From positions 64,001-128,000 of IMG/VR virus record IMGVR_UViG_3300023049_000574: a DNA stretch of 64,000 nt; one strand, 5' to 3'. Numbering within the stretch: position 1 is the stretch's first letter; every line of letters begins with the position of its first letter. Origin of the DNA: a virus. A model generated the notes under the pieces. That model saw only the letters and a program-made list of their open reading frames with translations. It was not told where the DNA came from and searched no databases. Position numbers and translations under genes: made by a program. This document shows positions 20,701 through 29,990 of this stretch, in pieces.

Positions 20701-21468
20701 TCAGTATTGGATAATGGTGTGAATATATATATCAACAAAAAGTGGAAAAACATTTTAATTAATCCATATTTTAATGATATCATAAATCCATTTAACACAA
20801 ACAGAGAACTTTTATATACACCCGAATTGCAACAATTGACTGCTTCTAATATGATAGAGATAATCAACAGTATTAATCTAAAGAACGGATTTGTGAAAAA
20901 TTTAGCGTATTATGTAATTGAAGAAGACGGAAGTTTTAACAAATATGATATCAATAATATTGAAGAAATTCCTTATATCCTGCAGGTTGAAGGACCTACC
21001 GAGAGAGAAATATATTCTCATAGTTTAATTAAAAAGGGGTTAAATGTTAACCGTGATGTATTTAATATAGATAATGTTTTAGAAAATAACAATATAGAAA
21101 TTTTAAATCAGATCAATTACTATAATGGTCAGCCATTAGCTTATAAGTTTGAGAATAGAAACGGTCTTACTTTTGAAGATAGAACAAGTATCATATATAG
21201 GTTTGGTGGTGAGTATAATCCTATATTTAGTAATATATCTTTATTTGAATCCGATGGAGATAATAATTATAAATTCAACGAGAACCTAAGGGGTTTCGGT
21301 GAGATAAAAGAAATGATGAAATCTAAAGTTAATGAGAATGATATACTAATAAACAAAAAGGGATATAGCTCTATTTACCCACAGATAGATGAAATTGGAT
21401 ATTTTGTAGATAGACATAACATCTTTAAGAGTACTTGGGATAAGAGTTATTATAAAAAAACTATATAA
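17725..21468 (+). CDS. Large putative virion structural protein
   Basis: 1247 aa, Asn/Tyr-rich; co-oriented with 14484 and 21472. Confidence 0.55.
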   Translation: MNSFTLLKTNPKLTTNVKVIYSDDKVYLQSFEVLPELSERKYTKRVVTQNSDINSQIGKFWQNTPKEIAYFNFDELDFDVSYNTYDKQIDDTYISGASRINNYEEEFEYFAPVHIYKNDIPCNFIIFRADGAGVLDLNTQNFRQNVLNKMKVVRNFNLKSDNKLGKMITNTYLGNDDLPNSGISINFNQTEFTYWNGIDYETGEYTSKGKILDDNFDKELTFTQGFDLLTGNFEEEGVIYPFILNMSFLFDDKPASPEGLNTWSINRYYGFYGDLENVTSISPYMPPALKEGLKLDRNNIFTLSGARVNPFKREFKDGKTYYVEYKNDFYLVEKIEDGYKVISDVALPTDVDSNFNLNTITFLDNNVIKYQNGNNYTLDEDSDVLIIDIDGVCHRFLKDGDNWRVLSDYKFEINNNIFKYFVNRGDPSQTTILNLNEVTKDNPPKSFKVCKFNFKEVKNFDLDILDTEYSKFEYEFSSFITKSEEPKLYEDDNLFSGYEKPIEKYIYNKEVISIPVANEYLATSELFELIQKGQRPNKFWDKNSDIVKWGIESSVGNNDYPYMFNINQKGDDYNRVANTDNSIPSRVDRNLDYFYTLASSDYNFGYNNNVIHQSLSIINENDFKIDKYFNRNYASNYFDEIFSGEETYNNVISKSKKFSNFLPSEESNPNKTWFKGLEFSIYNVDQIEKDNNTILKMNVSSSNSFENYKFSVLLSARSNNIENDFAPTNTSSNWVLIRNWERNTTYFTGSIVLFDGTKFKDSDGQYGFPGYVGTSSTTGTVDPQEYVYPNGETETLTIDSETYALTEISPTGPNNGNAELFICTATTSVISPFGNPVDSTDWTIYPPISYRSIYYRKNTSYLAFDSSITYNSLIDRPALNFNYLSYFVLYKGQYYKSVREQGSADNITPETVVISELDGNQIVYWEQVEQYNTTKNYIENEIVSLDRDLYYFDSDTEELSLIFTLKPSVDTLYSRYNVVRFNDDYYTNLIDGSVLDNGVNIYINKKWKNILINPYFNDIINPFNTNRELLYTPELQQLTASNMIEIINSINLKNGFVKNLAYYVIEEDGSFNKYDINNIEEIPYILQVEGPTEREIYSHSLIKKGLNVNRDVFNIDNVLENNNIEILNQINYYNGQPLAYKFENRNGLTFEDRTSIIYRFGGEYNPIFSNISLFESDGDNNYKFNENLRGFGEIKEMMKSKVNENDILINKKGYSSIYPQIDEIGYFVDRHNIFKSTWDKSYYKKTI

Positions 21469-21471
21469 TAC

Positions 21472-22161
21472 ATGAGAAGAAGCGGAATATCACCTGAATA
21501 CAGATATATAAACACAGCAGGAACTTTTAATATGATAGAACAAAAAAGTTTCATGGGATCTAAGTTAATGACAGCAGAGAACCCTATAGCTATAACTGAT
21601 CAGGATATAGTATATTATCAACAACTGAATGGTGAGCAATTAAACTTGAATCAAGAAATAAACATCAGTAAGATTATATTTTCTAGTTTAACAGAAAAGG
21701 CAAACAATCATCAAATAAATTTAGATGCTACTCAAACTGAAACTGATCAGAACGGAAGAACTAAGTGGATCATAAATATAAATTTAGTTGAGATACTAAG
21801 ATCATATATGTTTACTAGAATAAAAGAGAAAAGATCTTTTGGTGGTATATTAAGTGAGGAAACTTCTTTCAAATCCATAGATGATTCTATCAGACAATAC
21901 TTAAATAATAATATAATAGGTTTATATGATTTCAAAAACATGGATCTTTACATAGAGTACTTACCATTATCAGAAGAAGAAAGAAAGAGATATGAGGTGA
22001 GTTATGATCGAAAGGTTAAAGAAGATGGAAGCAAATCAAGTAAGTTCAGTTTATCCTTTAGTAAAGATCGATCATATGTGCAAGTATTCTTCACACAAGA
22101 AAAGAACAGTAAAGATTTTACTTTCAACTATTACTTTGATTTATACTACGAGCAAAAATAA
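21472..22161 (+). CDS. Hypothetical protein, probably structural
   Basis: Tightly coupled to the large upstream ORFs. Confidence 0.55.
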   Translation: MRRSGISPEYRYINTAGTFNMIEQKSFMGSKLMTAENPIAITDQDIVYYQQLNGEQLNLNQEINISKIIFSSLTEKANNHQINLDATQTETDQNGRTKWIININLVEILRSYMFTRIKEKRSFGGILSEETSFKSIDDSIRQYLNNNIIGLYDFKNMDLYIEYLPLSEEERKRYEVSYDRKVKEDGSKSSKFSLSFSKDRSYVQVFFTQEKNSKDFTFNYYFDLYYEQK

Positions 22162-22163
22162 TA

Positions 22164-22535
22164 ATGAATATGAGCTACGATAAGTTTCAGAACAATTTAA
22201 TCAGGCTTTTCAAAATATTTGAGAAAAGACCTAACCATTTAAGTCAATTTCTAATTGAAAACGATGCTTTTAATGAAGACTTCAAAAAGAATGTTATCAA
22301 AAGCGAAAACCTTAATTCGATCAATGAGTTATCTGAATCACTTATTGATTTCTCTGACTTTGATGAAATGAATGAATTTTTAAATGACCTTATTAAAAAC
22401 CATAAGAAAAATAAAATAGTGTCTGAAAGCAAGATGAACAAAGAGTTATTTAAATTAATTTCAGAAGAAAAATTCGAAGATGCTGCCGCTTTGAGAGATT
22501 ATATGAAAAAAAATCAAATAAAAATTAAACTTTAA
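22164..22535 (+). CDS. Small protein with C-terminal UVR (UvrB/UvrC) motif
   Basis: LFKLISEEKFEDAAALRDY. Confidence 0.7.
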   Translation: MNMSYDKFQNNLIRLFKIFEKRPNHLSQFLIENDAFNEDFKKNVIKSENLNSINELSESLIDFSDFDEMNEFLNDLIKNHKKNKIVSESKMNKELFKLISEEKFEDAAALRDYMKKNQIKIKL

Positions 22536-22552
22536 TCTAATCTCATATATAA
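22527..22552 (+). promoter_or_regulatory. Putative phage promoter AAAC-N17-TATAA (representative copy)
   Basis: Same spacing at 1443/1464, 37160/37181, 39073/39094 and 41215/41236; N18 at 29498, 31755 and 48991. Confidence 0.6.
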
Positions 22553-22579
22553 CAATTGAACATTTAAATTAATAAATAT

Positions 22580-23668
22580 ATGAGTAAAAAAATAAGCCCA
22601 ATCGGTGATCCAACTCTAACCGATGTATTCGAAGAGGAATTACCTATCGAACAACGTGATAAAGAACAATATGATCTTATCATGCAACACACAAATTTCC
22701 CTAAGCCTAACAGTGTAATGACTGCACAATTTTTAGGAAAGGACGAAACGCATTATTTACTTAATGCAAACTTAAAGGATGTAATCCGAGTTCCTGTTAA
22801 CAGAAGTGAAAAGAAAATATTCTCTACCCTAGCGGAAGGATCTGATATCGATGTACTAGTTACAGGTATTTCAGATGATACCAATGAATATTCTATTAAC
22901 GGAAGTGTTAGTCAGATTTACCAAGAAAAAGCATTCCAAATCCTCAGAAACATAAATGATGATGAGTATGTAAGCGTTAATATCTTAGAACTTACTCCTG
23001 GTGGGTACAGATGTGAGATCAACATGGAAAACTGCTTACTCGATGCGTTCTTACCACAGTTCTTAGCAGATGTGAATAAAATAAGAGACGAAGCTAAAGA
23101 TAATTTAGTAGGGAACACTTATAACATATGTATCGAAAGTTATTCAAGAGATAAGAGAACTTGGATTGTATCAAGAAGAAAATACTTGAAGCAACTTATT
23201 CCTTCTCACTTAAACGATCTCGATAAAGAAACTAACTATACAGGTCATGTTACAGGAACAGCACCATTTGGTATTTTTGTTCAATTTAACGAGTGTTTAA
23301 CAGGATTGATTCATAGCTCTAACCTTAATGATGATGTATTAGGAGAATTCGAAAACGGAAACATTAAAGCGGGTGATGAAATCACATTCAAAGTAAAAGA
23401 TAAGTTGAATAAAAACAAGATTATCTTAACACAAAAATCAACAGTTTCTTTTTGGGATACCATTGAGATAAACCAAGAAGTAGAGGCAGTGATCAAAGAT
23501 CATAAACCTTTTGGGACTCTTGTGAATTTGGATAACGAAACCCTTGGGTTAGTTTATAAAAACGAACAAAGTGAACAAGTGTTAAGCCTGAAAAAAGGAG
23601 ATCCTATTAACGTCAAGATCATAAAATTTAATCGAGATAAAAGAGATATATTTTTATCAGTTATATAA
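22580..23668 (+). CDS. rpsA: Ribosomal protein S1-like multi-S1-domain RNA-binding protein
   Basis: About four S1 repeats: AFLP..., VSRR, GHVTGTAPFGIFVQF..LTGLIHSS, KPFGTLV...GLV. Confidence 0.8.
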   Translation: MSKKISPIGDPTLTDVFEEELPIEQRDKEQYDLIMQHTNFPKPNSVMTAQFLGKDETHYLLNANLKDVIRVPVNRSEKKIFSTLAEGSDIDVLVTGISDDTNEYSINGSVSQIYQEKAFQILRNINDDEYVSVNILELTPGGYRCEINMENCLLDAFLPQFLADVNKIRDEAKDNLVGNTYNICIESYSRDKRTWIVSRRKYLKQLIPSHLNDLDKETNYTGHVTGTAPFGIFVQFNECLTGLIHSSNLNDDVLGEFENGNIKAGDEITFKVKDKLNKNKIILTQKSTVSFWDTIEINQEVEAVIKDHKPFGTLVNLDNETLGLVYKNEQSEQVLSLKKGDPINVKIIKFNRDKRDIFLSVI

Positions 23669-23671
23669 AAC

Positions 23672-23710
23672 AAAAAAAAAGAGAGAAGCGTATGTTTCTC
23701 TCTTTTTTTT
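23672..23710. terminator. Intrinsic terminator, possibly bidirectional
   Basis: A9-GAGAGAAGC-GTAT-GTTTCTCTC-T8. Confidence 0.8.
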
Positions 23711-23726
23711 AATTAATTTCACACCT

Positions 23727-23957
23727 ATGGACAATAACGATTTAATTAAGAAGATAAACGATCTACAAGAACGTCCTTTTATCCCATTCGAAGGAATGGA
23801 AGATAGTGTTTTCATGAAAGAAGGTATGCCTATACATCCATTAACTTGTGGTAACGATAGTAGACATAAAGTTCTTAGAGCTACCGAAGAAAACGGAAAA
23901 GTGATATTAGTGTGTGATGATTGTGACTATAAACAAAGTTATATACCTAATTTCTAA
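23727..23957 (+). CDS. Small Cys/His zinc-ribbon-like protein
   Basis: HPLTCG...H...CDDC. Confidence 0.55.
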   Translation: MDNNDLIKKINDLQERPFIPFEGMEDSVFMKEGMPIHPLTCGNDSRHKVLRATEENGKVILVCDDCDYKQSYIPNF

Positions 23958-23959
23958 TC

Positions 23960-24544
23960 TCAATTCTTAGAAAGTTTATCTAATATTCTCTTTTCATACT
24001 CACTAAGAGATTTCATACCAAACTTACTGATCTTATCTAAGATATCGTCTAATGTCATAGAATCTACTTCTTCTTTATCCACCTCTTCTAAAAGTTTAGG
24101 ACTCATTAAACTATATAACTCATTATTTTCTATATCATTAGGGATACTATCAATCACTTCTTTAATGTTATAGTGATTCTGCTCATACCTCATTATCGGG
24201 CATAATAAGAACGCAAAATCCTCTTCTATTAAAGGTGGTATAAAATCATCAACAATTTCTCCCCTGATATATTTATCATATTTTATATAAACTTCTACTA
24301 TTACCCTAGATAGCTCGTAGTCTAATCGGTCATCGTATTTCATTTTATATTTAGTATCCTCTATTATTTGGTCTTCCTCATCTTCTATTACGGGATATGT
24401 TCCCCAAGTATAGAAGAAATATAATTCTTCTTCATCTAATTTTTCATTAGCATAAGATTCAAGATCTTTTAGAAACCTTTCAGTTATATCAGGGAAATCA
24501 AGTTTGAATTCTTCGTATGACACAAGTATTTCTTTCATAATCAA
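23960..24544 (-). CDS. Hypothetical protein with C-terminal DUF6576-like motif
   Basis: LDDILDKISKFGMKSLSEYEKRIL. Confidence 0.6.
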   Translation of the reverse strand: MIMKEILVSYEEFKLDFPDITERFLKDLESYANEKLDEEELYFFYTWGTYPVIEDEEDQIIEDTKYKMKYDDRLDYELSRVIVEVYIKYDKYIRGEIVDDFIPPLIEEDFAFLLCPIMRYEQNHYNIKEVIDSIPNDIENNELYSLMSPKLLEEVDKEEVDSMTLDDILDKISKFGMKSLSEYEKRILDKLSKN

Positions 24545-24621
24545 CTAAGTCATTTATTTTATATATTAGAAAATTCTGTACCTATATGAAAAAATCAGTA
24601 TATTTGTATAAAAATAATTAC

Positions 24622-25197
24622 ATGAACATATTGAACAAAAAATCATTCAAGATACTTTTGATCATAAACAGTATCGTATTCTCAGCACAGATGCTTATTC
24701 CTTACACGAATTATGTTGTGCCATTATACCCTATGGGAACAGATAAATTCCTTGTTACTCAGTATCTTACGTCAATATTTTCACATGCTAATCTAATCCA
24801 TTTTGCTTTTAATATGCTAGGATTATATTTCATAATTAAGATGCTCGAACCTGCCTTTACGTGGAAAAAGGTTATTTTATATTACTTAATAACAGGATTG
24901 GCTTCTTCTGTTGTGTATCATCTAATTGGATCACCTGATAAAGCATTAGTTGGGGCAAGCGGTGCATTATATGGATTACTTACCATACTAGCATTTTCTT
25001 TACCTAATATTAGGGTGTATTTGTTTTTTATACCTATTCCGATTAAGTTAAAAAACATATTTTATGCATATATAGCAATTGAATTATTTTTGTTCCTTAC
25101 TATACAATCAGCAGATGGGGTGGCTCATATTGTTCACTTATTGGGAGCATTTTTTGGATATGTAACATTTTTACTAAACAAAAGAGGGATTATTTAA
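24622..25197 (+). CDS. Rhomboid intramembrane serine protease
   Basis: HANLIHFAFNM, GASG, AHIVHLLG; several TM segments; TATATTTG at 24599-24606. Confidence 0.9.
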   Translation: MNILNKKSFKILLIINSIVFSAQMLIPYTNYVVPLYPMGTDKFLVTQYLTSIFSHANLIHFAFNMLGLYFIIKMLEPAFTWKKVILYYLITGLASSVVYHLIGSPDKALVGASGALYGLLTILAFSLPNIRVYLFFIPIPIKLKNIFYAYIAIELFLFLTIQSADGVAHIVHLLGAFFGYVTFLLNKRGII

Positions 25198-25207
25198 TAT
25201 ATTTAGT

Positions 25208-25732
25208 ATGGATATTTTTCATTTCATATTAGGTGTAATATTTGGCGCATCCGCAGTAATTGTTGGGATTTCTATTAATGTACATAGGTCAGAATATAAG
25301 AAATATGTGCTACCTTTTAAAAAATTAATCGGTGAGCATATATCTAGTTTTACATTCAACACGAGAGTAGCAAATTTAGTTTACTTCAACCATAAAGATT
25401 ATACGGTTGTTCTAAACCTTAAAGAAAAAGAAGTTTACTTATACCAAGATACTACTATTATCGCAACTACTTTCAAAGAGAACACACAAGAAGTGAAGCA
25501 TCTATATACTTTATTAGAAACAGCATACCACGCAGATATTTATCTTAAGATTATTACAGCATCAAATGGTGTAGTAATGTCACAACCCAAGGAAACAGAT
25601 GTTAGTAAGAAAGAGAAAGAACATGTTCATACACCAAGCGTTGATGATATTTTAGATAAGATCAGCAAAGATGGGATGGATAGCTTATCTGAAATAGAAT
25701 TAGAGATCCTTAAAAATAATAGTGATGATTAA
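25208..25732 (+). CDS. Membrane-anchored protein with C-terminal DUF6576-like motif
   Basis: N-terminal TM helix; VDDILDKISKDGMDSLSEIELEIL. Confidence 0.6.
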   Translation: MDIFHFILGVIFGASAVIVGISINVHRSEYKKYVLPFKKLIGEHISSFTFNTRVANLVYFNHKDYTVVLNLKEKEVYLYQDTTIIATTFKENTQEVKHLYTLLETAYHADIYLKIITASNGVVMSQPKETDVSKKEKEHVHTPSVDDILDKISKDGMDSLSEIELEILKNNSDD

Positions 25733-26541
25733 TCTATAAAAGATTTAATTGCTTTAGCATCTTTTTTACTATAAAAAACACCTATATATCCAATTAATTG
25801 ACTATTATCATACATAGGGTTTATACTAAGATATACCTCTGTATTTCTCATATCGTTTCTATTTAGTTTTACTTTTTGCATAATATTTAAATTGTCTTCT
25901 GAGAATAGATTTTTCTTAGGGAACACATCATAAATGTGTCTTCTCATTATTTCCCCCCTAGTGTACCCGCTTAATTCTTCTGAGCGTTTGTTGAATTCTA
26001 CGATTTTTCCGTATTTATTAACACAAACCATACCTCCTGGGTAATTGTCCAATACTACGTTTTTATATCTAATAGTATCTCTAACCTGAGCGTTTAGTTG
26101 AACTTCTTTGGTTATATCTTCTCCGAATAAAAGATAAAGTTCTTCGTCCTCTAAATACATACCGTGCCATTTAATAGTATATGATTCACCGTGGGTAGAT
26201 ACAATTCTTGATACCATTGATCTTTCTTCCTTCTTTAATATTTCGATATATTGTTTAAAGTCATCAACATCATCAGGATGTATATCTCTTGTTAATAGAC
26301 CATTTATTAAGCTAGTGTGTGAAAGGTTTAATTTTTTCTTTAATAAGTAGTTGTACTTTTTAACACGTGTGTCTTCGTCTATTAATGTGTATATGAATGG
26401 ACACTTATCGAAATATTTCTGTAAGCTTTTAAGATCTTTAGTAGTTTGTAAATTTTTTTCTTTCAAAAAGGAGGACATGTTGCTTATTTCTTTTACTAGT
26501 TCCTCATCACTGTATTTTTTTGATTTATTAAAAATTCCCAC
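25729..26541 (-). CDS. PAS-domain protein (two PAS-like domains, no output domain)
   Basis: IHPDD; GEDIT; LDNYPGGMVCVNKYGKIVEFNKRSEELSGYTRGEIM. Confidence 0.7.
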   Translation of the reverse strand: MGIFNKSKKYSDEELVKEISNMSSFLKEKNLQTTKDLKSLQKYFDKCPFIYTLIDEDTRVKKYNYLLKKKLNLSHTSLINGLLTRDIHPDDVDDFKQYIEILKKEERSMVSRIVSTHGESYTIKWHGMYLEDEELYLLFGEDITKEVQLNAQVRDTIRYKNVVLDNYPGGMVCVNKYGKIVEFNKRSEELSGYTRGEIMRRHIYDVFPKKNLFSEDNLNIMQKVKLNRNDMRNTEVYLSINPMYDNSQLIGYIGVFYSKKDAKAIKSFID

Positions 26542-26600
26542 GTTGTTTATTATTTTAATTTATATATTAAAAGTAAAAGTTCATTTTTAATATATAGGGT

Positions 26601-27353
26601 ATGAGAAAGATACTAGAATTCGAAGAAAAGGACTTAAAACCCACAAATAGCTTTAAATTAAACGATACTTTAAATCCCGATTTATGGGAAGACATGAATC
26701 TGAAACAAGAAGTCAGAGAAAAATTAATCGAAATAGCTAATGAGTTTATATCAATGATACACGGAGAATTCTCAGTAAGTGATATTTATTTCACAGGATC
26801 TTTAGCTTCTTATAATTGGAGTGAGTATTCAGACGTAGATATTCATGTAAAGATTGATTTCAGTGAGATTAATGATGATACCGAATTAGTAGAAGAATAT
26901 TTGAAACTAGTAGCAAAGAAATTCAATAATGGTTATGACATTTCAATATATAAATATGATGTTGAAATATATTTAGAAGATGTTTCTGAAGAAAGGGAAC
27001 ACGTGAATGGATTATATAGTATTTTAAATGATAAGTGGGTAAAGAAAGCTTCGCCATTTGATCGTGAGATAGATGTTAAATTAGTTGAGGAAAAAGCGAT
27101 CAATTTAATGGAACAAATTGATGAACTCTTAGATAAAGATGAAAAGAATGAAATCGAGAAGGAAGAACTAATCGAAGAGATCAATAAGATTTGGCTTAAA
27201 ATAAAAAAGTCTAGAAAAGATGGGATCAGTTCCCCTGACGGTGATCTATCTATTGGTAATCTAGTATTTAAATATCTTAGAAGAAATGAATATATTTCTA
27301 AGATCATAGGAGTCAAAAAGGAAGTAGTAGAAGCTAAGTATAGCTTAGACTAA
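26601..27353 (+). CDS. Pol-beta superfamily nucleotidyltransferase
   Basis: TGSLASYNWSEYSDVDIH...DVEIY; N-terminus MRKILEFEE; TAATATATA at 26588. Confidence 0.75.
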   Translation: MRKILEFEEKDLKPTNSFKLNDTLNPDLWEDMNLKQEVREKLIEIANEFISMIHGEFSVSDIYFTGSLASYNWSEYSDVDIHVKIDFSEINDDTELVEEYLKLVAKKFNNGYDISIYKYDVEIYLEDVSEEREHVNGLYSILNDKWVKKASPFDREIDVKLVEEKAINLMEQIDELLDKDEKNEIEKEELIEEINKIWLKIKKSRKDGISSPDGDLSIGNLVFKYLRRNEYISKIIGVKKEVVEAKYSLD

Positions 27354-27713
27354 TTCGTTTAACTTTTTATCTCTAATAAGCTGTTTTAAATTATCACCAT
27401 TTTTTATACCAAGATCAGCATATCTATTTTTAACAATACGTATTTTATTATCTATAATTCTAATAAAAAGAGTAGCACCATATAACAACTCTAAGCCACC
27501 ACGGTCTATTATACGCTCTTCGGTTTGATATATAGTTGTATAAAAAAGGGTATTATCATCGCTTCTAACTTCTTTTGTGGTAGTCCGCATTGTAGTTTCG
27601 ATATCAACTACATTGTCAATATTAAACCGATGGAAAAGGTATCTGATGTTTTCTATCATATTCTCTTCTTTATAAGAATCATCATTTGTTGATATAACTA
27701 TTTTATTCGGCAT
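27345..27713 (-). CDS. Hypothetical protein with RDxK tag
   Basis: Ends IRDKKLNELV. Confidence 0.55.
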   Translation of the reverse strand: MPNKIVISTNDDSYKEENMIENIRYLFHRFNIDNVVDIETTMRTTTKEVRSDDNTLFYTTIYQTEERIIDRGGLELLYGATLFIRIIDNKIRIVKNRYADLGIKNGDNLKQLIRDKKLNELV

Positions 27714-28137
27714 CTTCTAATATTTCGTCTATAATATTATCTCTCTTTACCACAGTATCATATTTATGCCATGATATATTAGATGGCAACATTACAACTT
27801 CATTTTGCTCTATATCTGAGAAAATCATTGTTGTTTTATAAAAACTATATTTAGACGCAGTTTCTGTGTATCCCTCACTTATATGATTAATATCCTTACT
27901 ATTTATTCTACCATAATCATACTTATTCAGTTGTTTTATGAATATTGAATATCTTTGGTAGATAATGAAAGCGATACCTAAATTTATAAGCAGGTTAAAA
28001 ATACTAATATAGGCAAAACTTGTAAGTAAAAATATTATACCTATTGTAGTAGATATTAAAAAAACTATCATAAGGTCGTCTAATAACAACCCTATGATAG
28101 CTTTTTTATCTTTTATATCTAAGTCTTTAAACCGCAT
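27703..28137 (-). CDS. Membrane protein with RDxxID tag
   Basis: Two TM helices; ends RDNIIDEILEDAE. Confidence 0.55.
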   Translation of the reverse strand: MRFKDLDIKDKKAIIGLLLDDLMIVFLISTTIGIIFLLTSFAYISIFNLLINLGIAFIIYQRYSIFIKQLNKYDYGRINSKDINHISEGYTETASKYSFYKTTMIFSDIEQNEVVMLPSNISWHKYDTVVKRDNIIDEILEDAE

Positions 28138-28738
28138 GGATAGCCTGATTTACTTCTTCTATACTTAATATGACATTATATAAGAACATCTTAACACCAA
28201 TGGCGATGATAATAATACCGAAAATTCTTTCGATCAAATTAATACCAACTACTCCAAGTTTTCTTTTTAACCAATCTGCTGATTTCAACACAAGAAATAT
28301 GATAATAGAATTTATTAAAATTCCTGTAACAATTTCGATATCTTGGTATTCTGCTCTCATGGATATGATTACGGACAATGTGCCTGGTCCTGCAATGAGA
28401 GGAAAAGCAATCGGAAACACCGTAGCATTAGTAGCTTGTTTTTTAGTTTGTTTATTAGGACTTGACCCAACATCAATTACCATCTGCAGACCAAACCAAC
28501 AGATGAGTAAAGCCCCCGCAACACCAAAGTGGTGTGCATCTACACCCAATAGATTAAATATTGTTTTACCGAAGAAAAGAAACACGATCATTATTATAGT
28601 GGAGATAAGTGTTCCTCTGAAAGAATTGATATGACCTCCGTTGTCTTCTCTTAGTTTAATTATCAGTGGTATGTTGCCAAGCATGTCAATCACAGCAAAG
28701 AGAGTAATAGCAATAGTAGCGATGTTAACGTAGTTCAT
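28127..28738 (-). CDS. marC: MarC family membrane protein
   Basis: LFAVIDMLGNIP; FPIAFPLIAGPGT; ERIFGIIIIAIGV; start moved to MNYVNI. Confidence 0.88.
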   Translation of the reverse strand: MNYVNIATIAITLFAVIDMLGNIPLIIKLREDNGGHINSFRGTLISTIIMIVFLFFGKTIFNLLGVDAHHFGVAGALLICWFGLQMVIDVGSSPNKQTKKQATNATVFPIAFPLIAGPGTLSVIISMRAEYQDIEIVTGILINSIIIFLVLKSADWLKRKLGVVGINLIERIFGIIIIAIGVKMFLYNVILSIEEVNQAIHAV

Positions 28739-28808
28739 TTTATTCTTATATAATATTAGGCGCAAAATTGCGTGGCAAAGATAAGAATTAATTTTAAATA
28801 TATATGGT

Positions 28809-29495
28809 ATGATTAGTTTAAAAGAAGTAGATAACACATTAAAAATATTATTTAGTGAAGCCAAGGTATTATCGTTTGATTCAGTATATGAATTATCCGA
28901 AGATAAAAAATATTATAAATTAGTATTTTCACTACATAATTTAGAAGTAGAAATGAGTGATACTATCGATACTACTATTTTACATACTAAGTTTATATTT
29001 AGAACAGATTTAGAAAAAACTAAACTAGTTGAAAATAGTTTTTGGTATCTTAAAGATATCGATTGTTCTTATGTAAAAAAGAATTTTGATACTAACGATG
29101 ACTTAATCGATGTATTAGAAGAAATTATCAATGAGGATAACTTCGGGGAAGATATGTCAAACCTATCTAATTTTATATCAGAAGCACCTTCTAGTAGTAT
29201 AAATGATTTTCTAAGTCAAGTAGAGTATAGTTTATTTTCAGTAACTACTGTGATGTATAACCCATCTCTTAAATTAGCACCGTGTCAAGAAATGACATTT
29301 GATTTTGATATTACATTAAATAATGGAGAACATATAATTAAATTGAGTATAGAGAAGGTAGATTCAACAGATGTATTTAAGTTTTATTACCACTTATCTG
29401 ATACAGTAGAAGAAATAGATGTTGATGATATTAGCCAACTTGCACAAACTATTGGTGATCATTTAATTTTACTTTTCAATAAATATCTGAAATAA
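28809..29495 (+). CDS. Hypothetical protein
   Basis: ORF with TATATA motif upstream. Confidence 0.6.
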   Translation: MISLKEVDNTLKILFSEAKVLSFDSVYELSEDKKYYKLVFSLHNLEVEMSDTIDTTILHTKFIFRTDLEKTKLVENSFWYLKDIDCSYVKKNFDTNDDLIDVLEEIINEDNFGEDMSNLSNFISEAPSSSINDFLSQVEYSLFSVTTVMYNPSLKLAPCQEMTFDFDITLNNGEHIIKLSIEKVDSTDVFKFYYHLSDTVEEIDVDDISQLAQTIGDHLILLFNKYLK

Positions 29496-29538
29496 TTAAA
29501 CTATCTTTACAAACTATTATATAACATTAAAAAGAATT

Positions 29539-29790
29539 ATGTTTAGTATTCAATTTGATCACACAGTTGACGTAGATATTTGTATGACAGATATCATAGG
29601 AAATTTAAATAGCTTTAGTAGAAGTAACCTGATGGAATTAAAATCCGAAATAGAAGACGAAATAGGTGGTGTATATGTTCCTACATTAAATAGGAACGAT
29701 AACACTATCGAAAACGAAGAAAAAATTAAGTTTTTAGTTGATAATATTTGGAATATCGACTTAAAAGATCTAGAAACTATTAAAAAATAA
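29539..29790 (+). CDS. Hypothetical protein
   Basis: ORF after AAAC-N18-TATAA. Confidence 0.5.
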   Translation: MFSIQFDHTVDVDICMTDIIGNLNSFSRSNLMELKSEIEDEIGGVYVPTLNRNDNTIENEEKIKFLVDNIWNIDLKDLETIKK

Positions 29791-29795
29791 AAAAT

Positions 29796-29990
29796 ATGAG
29801 TTATTGTATTGTAAAAATCATGGAAAATAAAGATGGAGGTAGACCTATCCATCACATCATTATTGATAGCATGGCTGAGGTAATGGAATTCACCGAAGAG
29901 GAAACGGCTAAGACCTATAAAGATTTATTGGAAGCTAATTCAGATTCAGGTCATAAATATGTAGTAAAGAAAATTGGGGAAGCAAAATAA
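29796..29990 (+). CDS. Hypothetical protein
   Basis: Small ORF within a co-oriented gene run. Confidence 0.5.
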   Translation: MSYCIVKIMENKDGGRPIHHIIIDSMAEVMEFTEEETAKTYKDLLEANSDSGHKYVVKKIGEAK

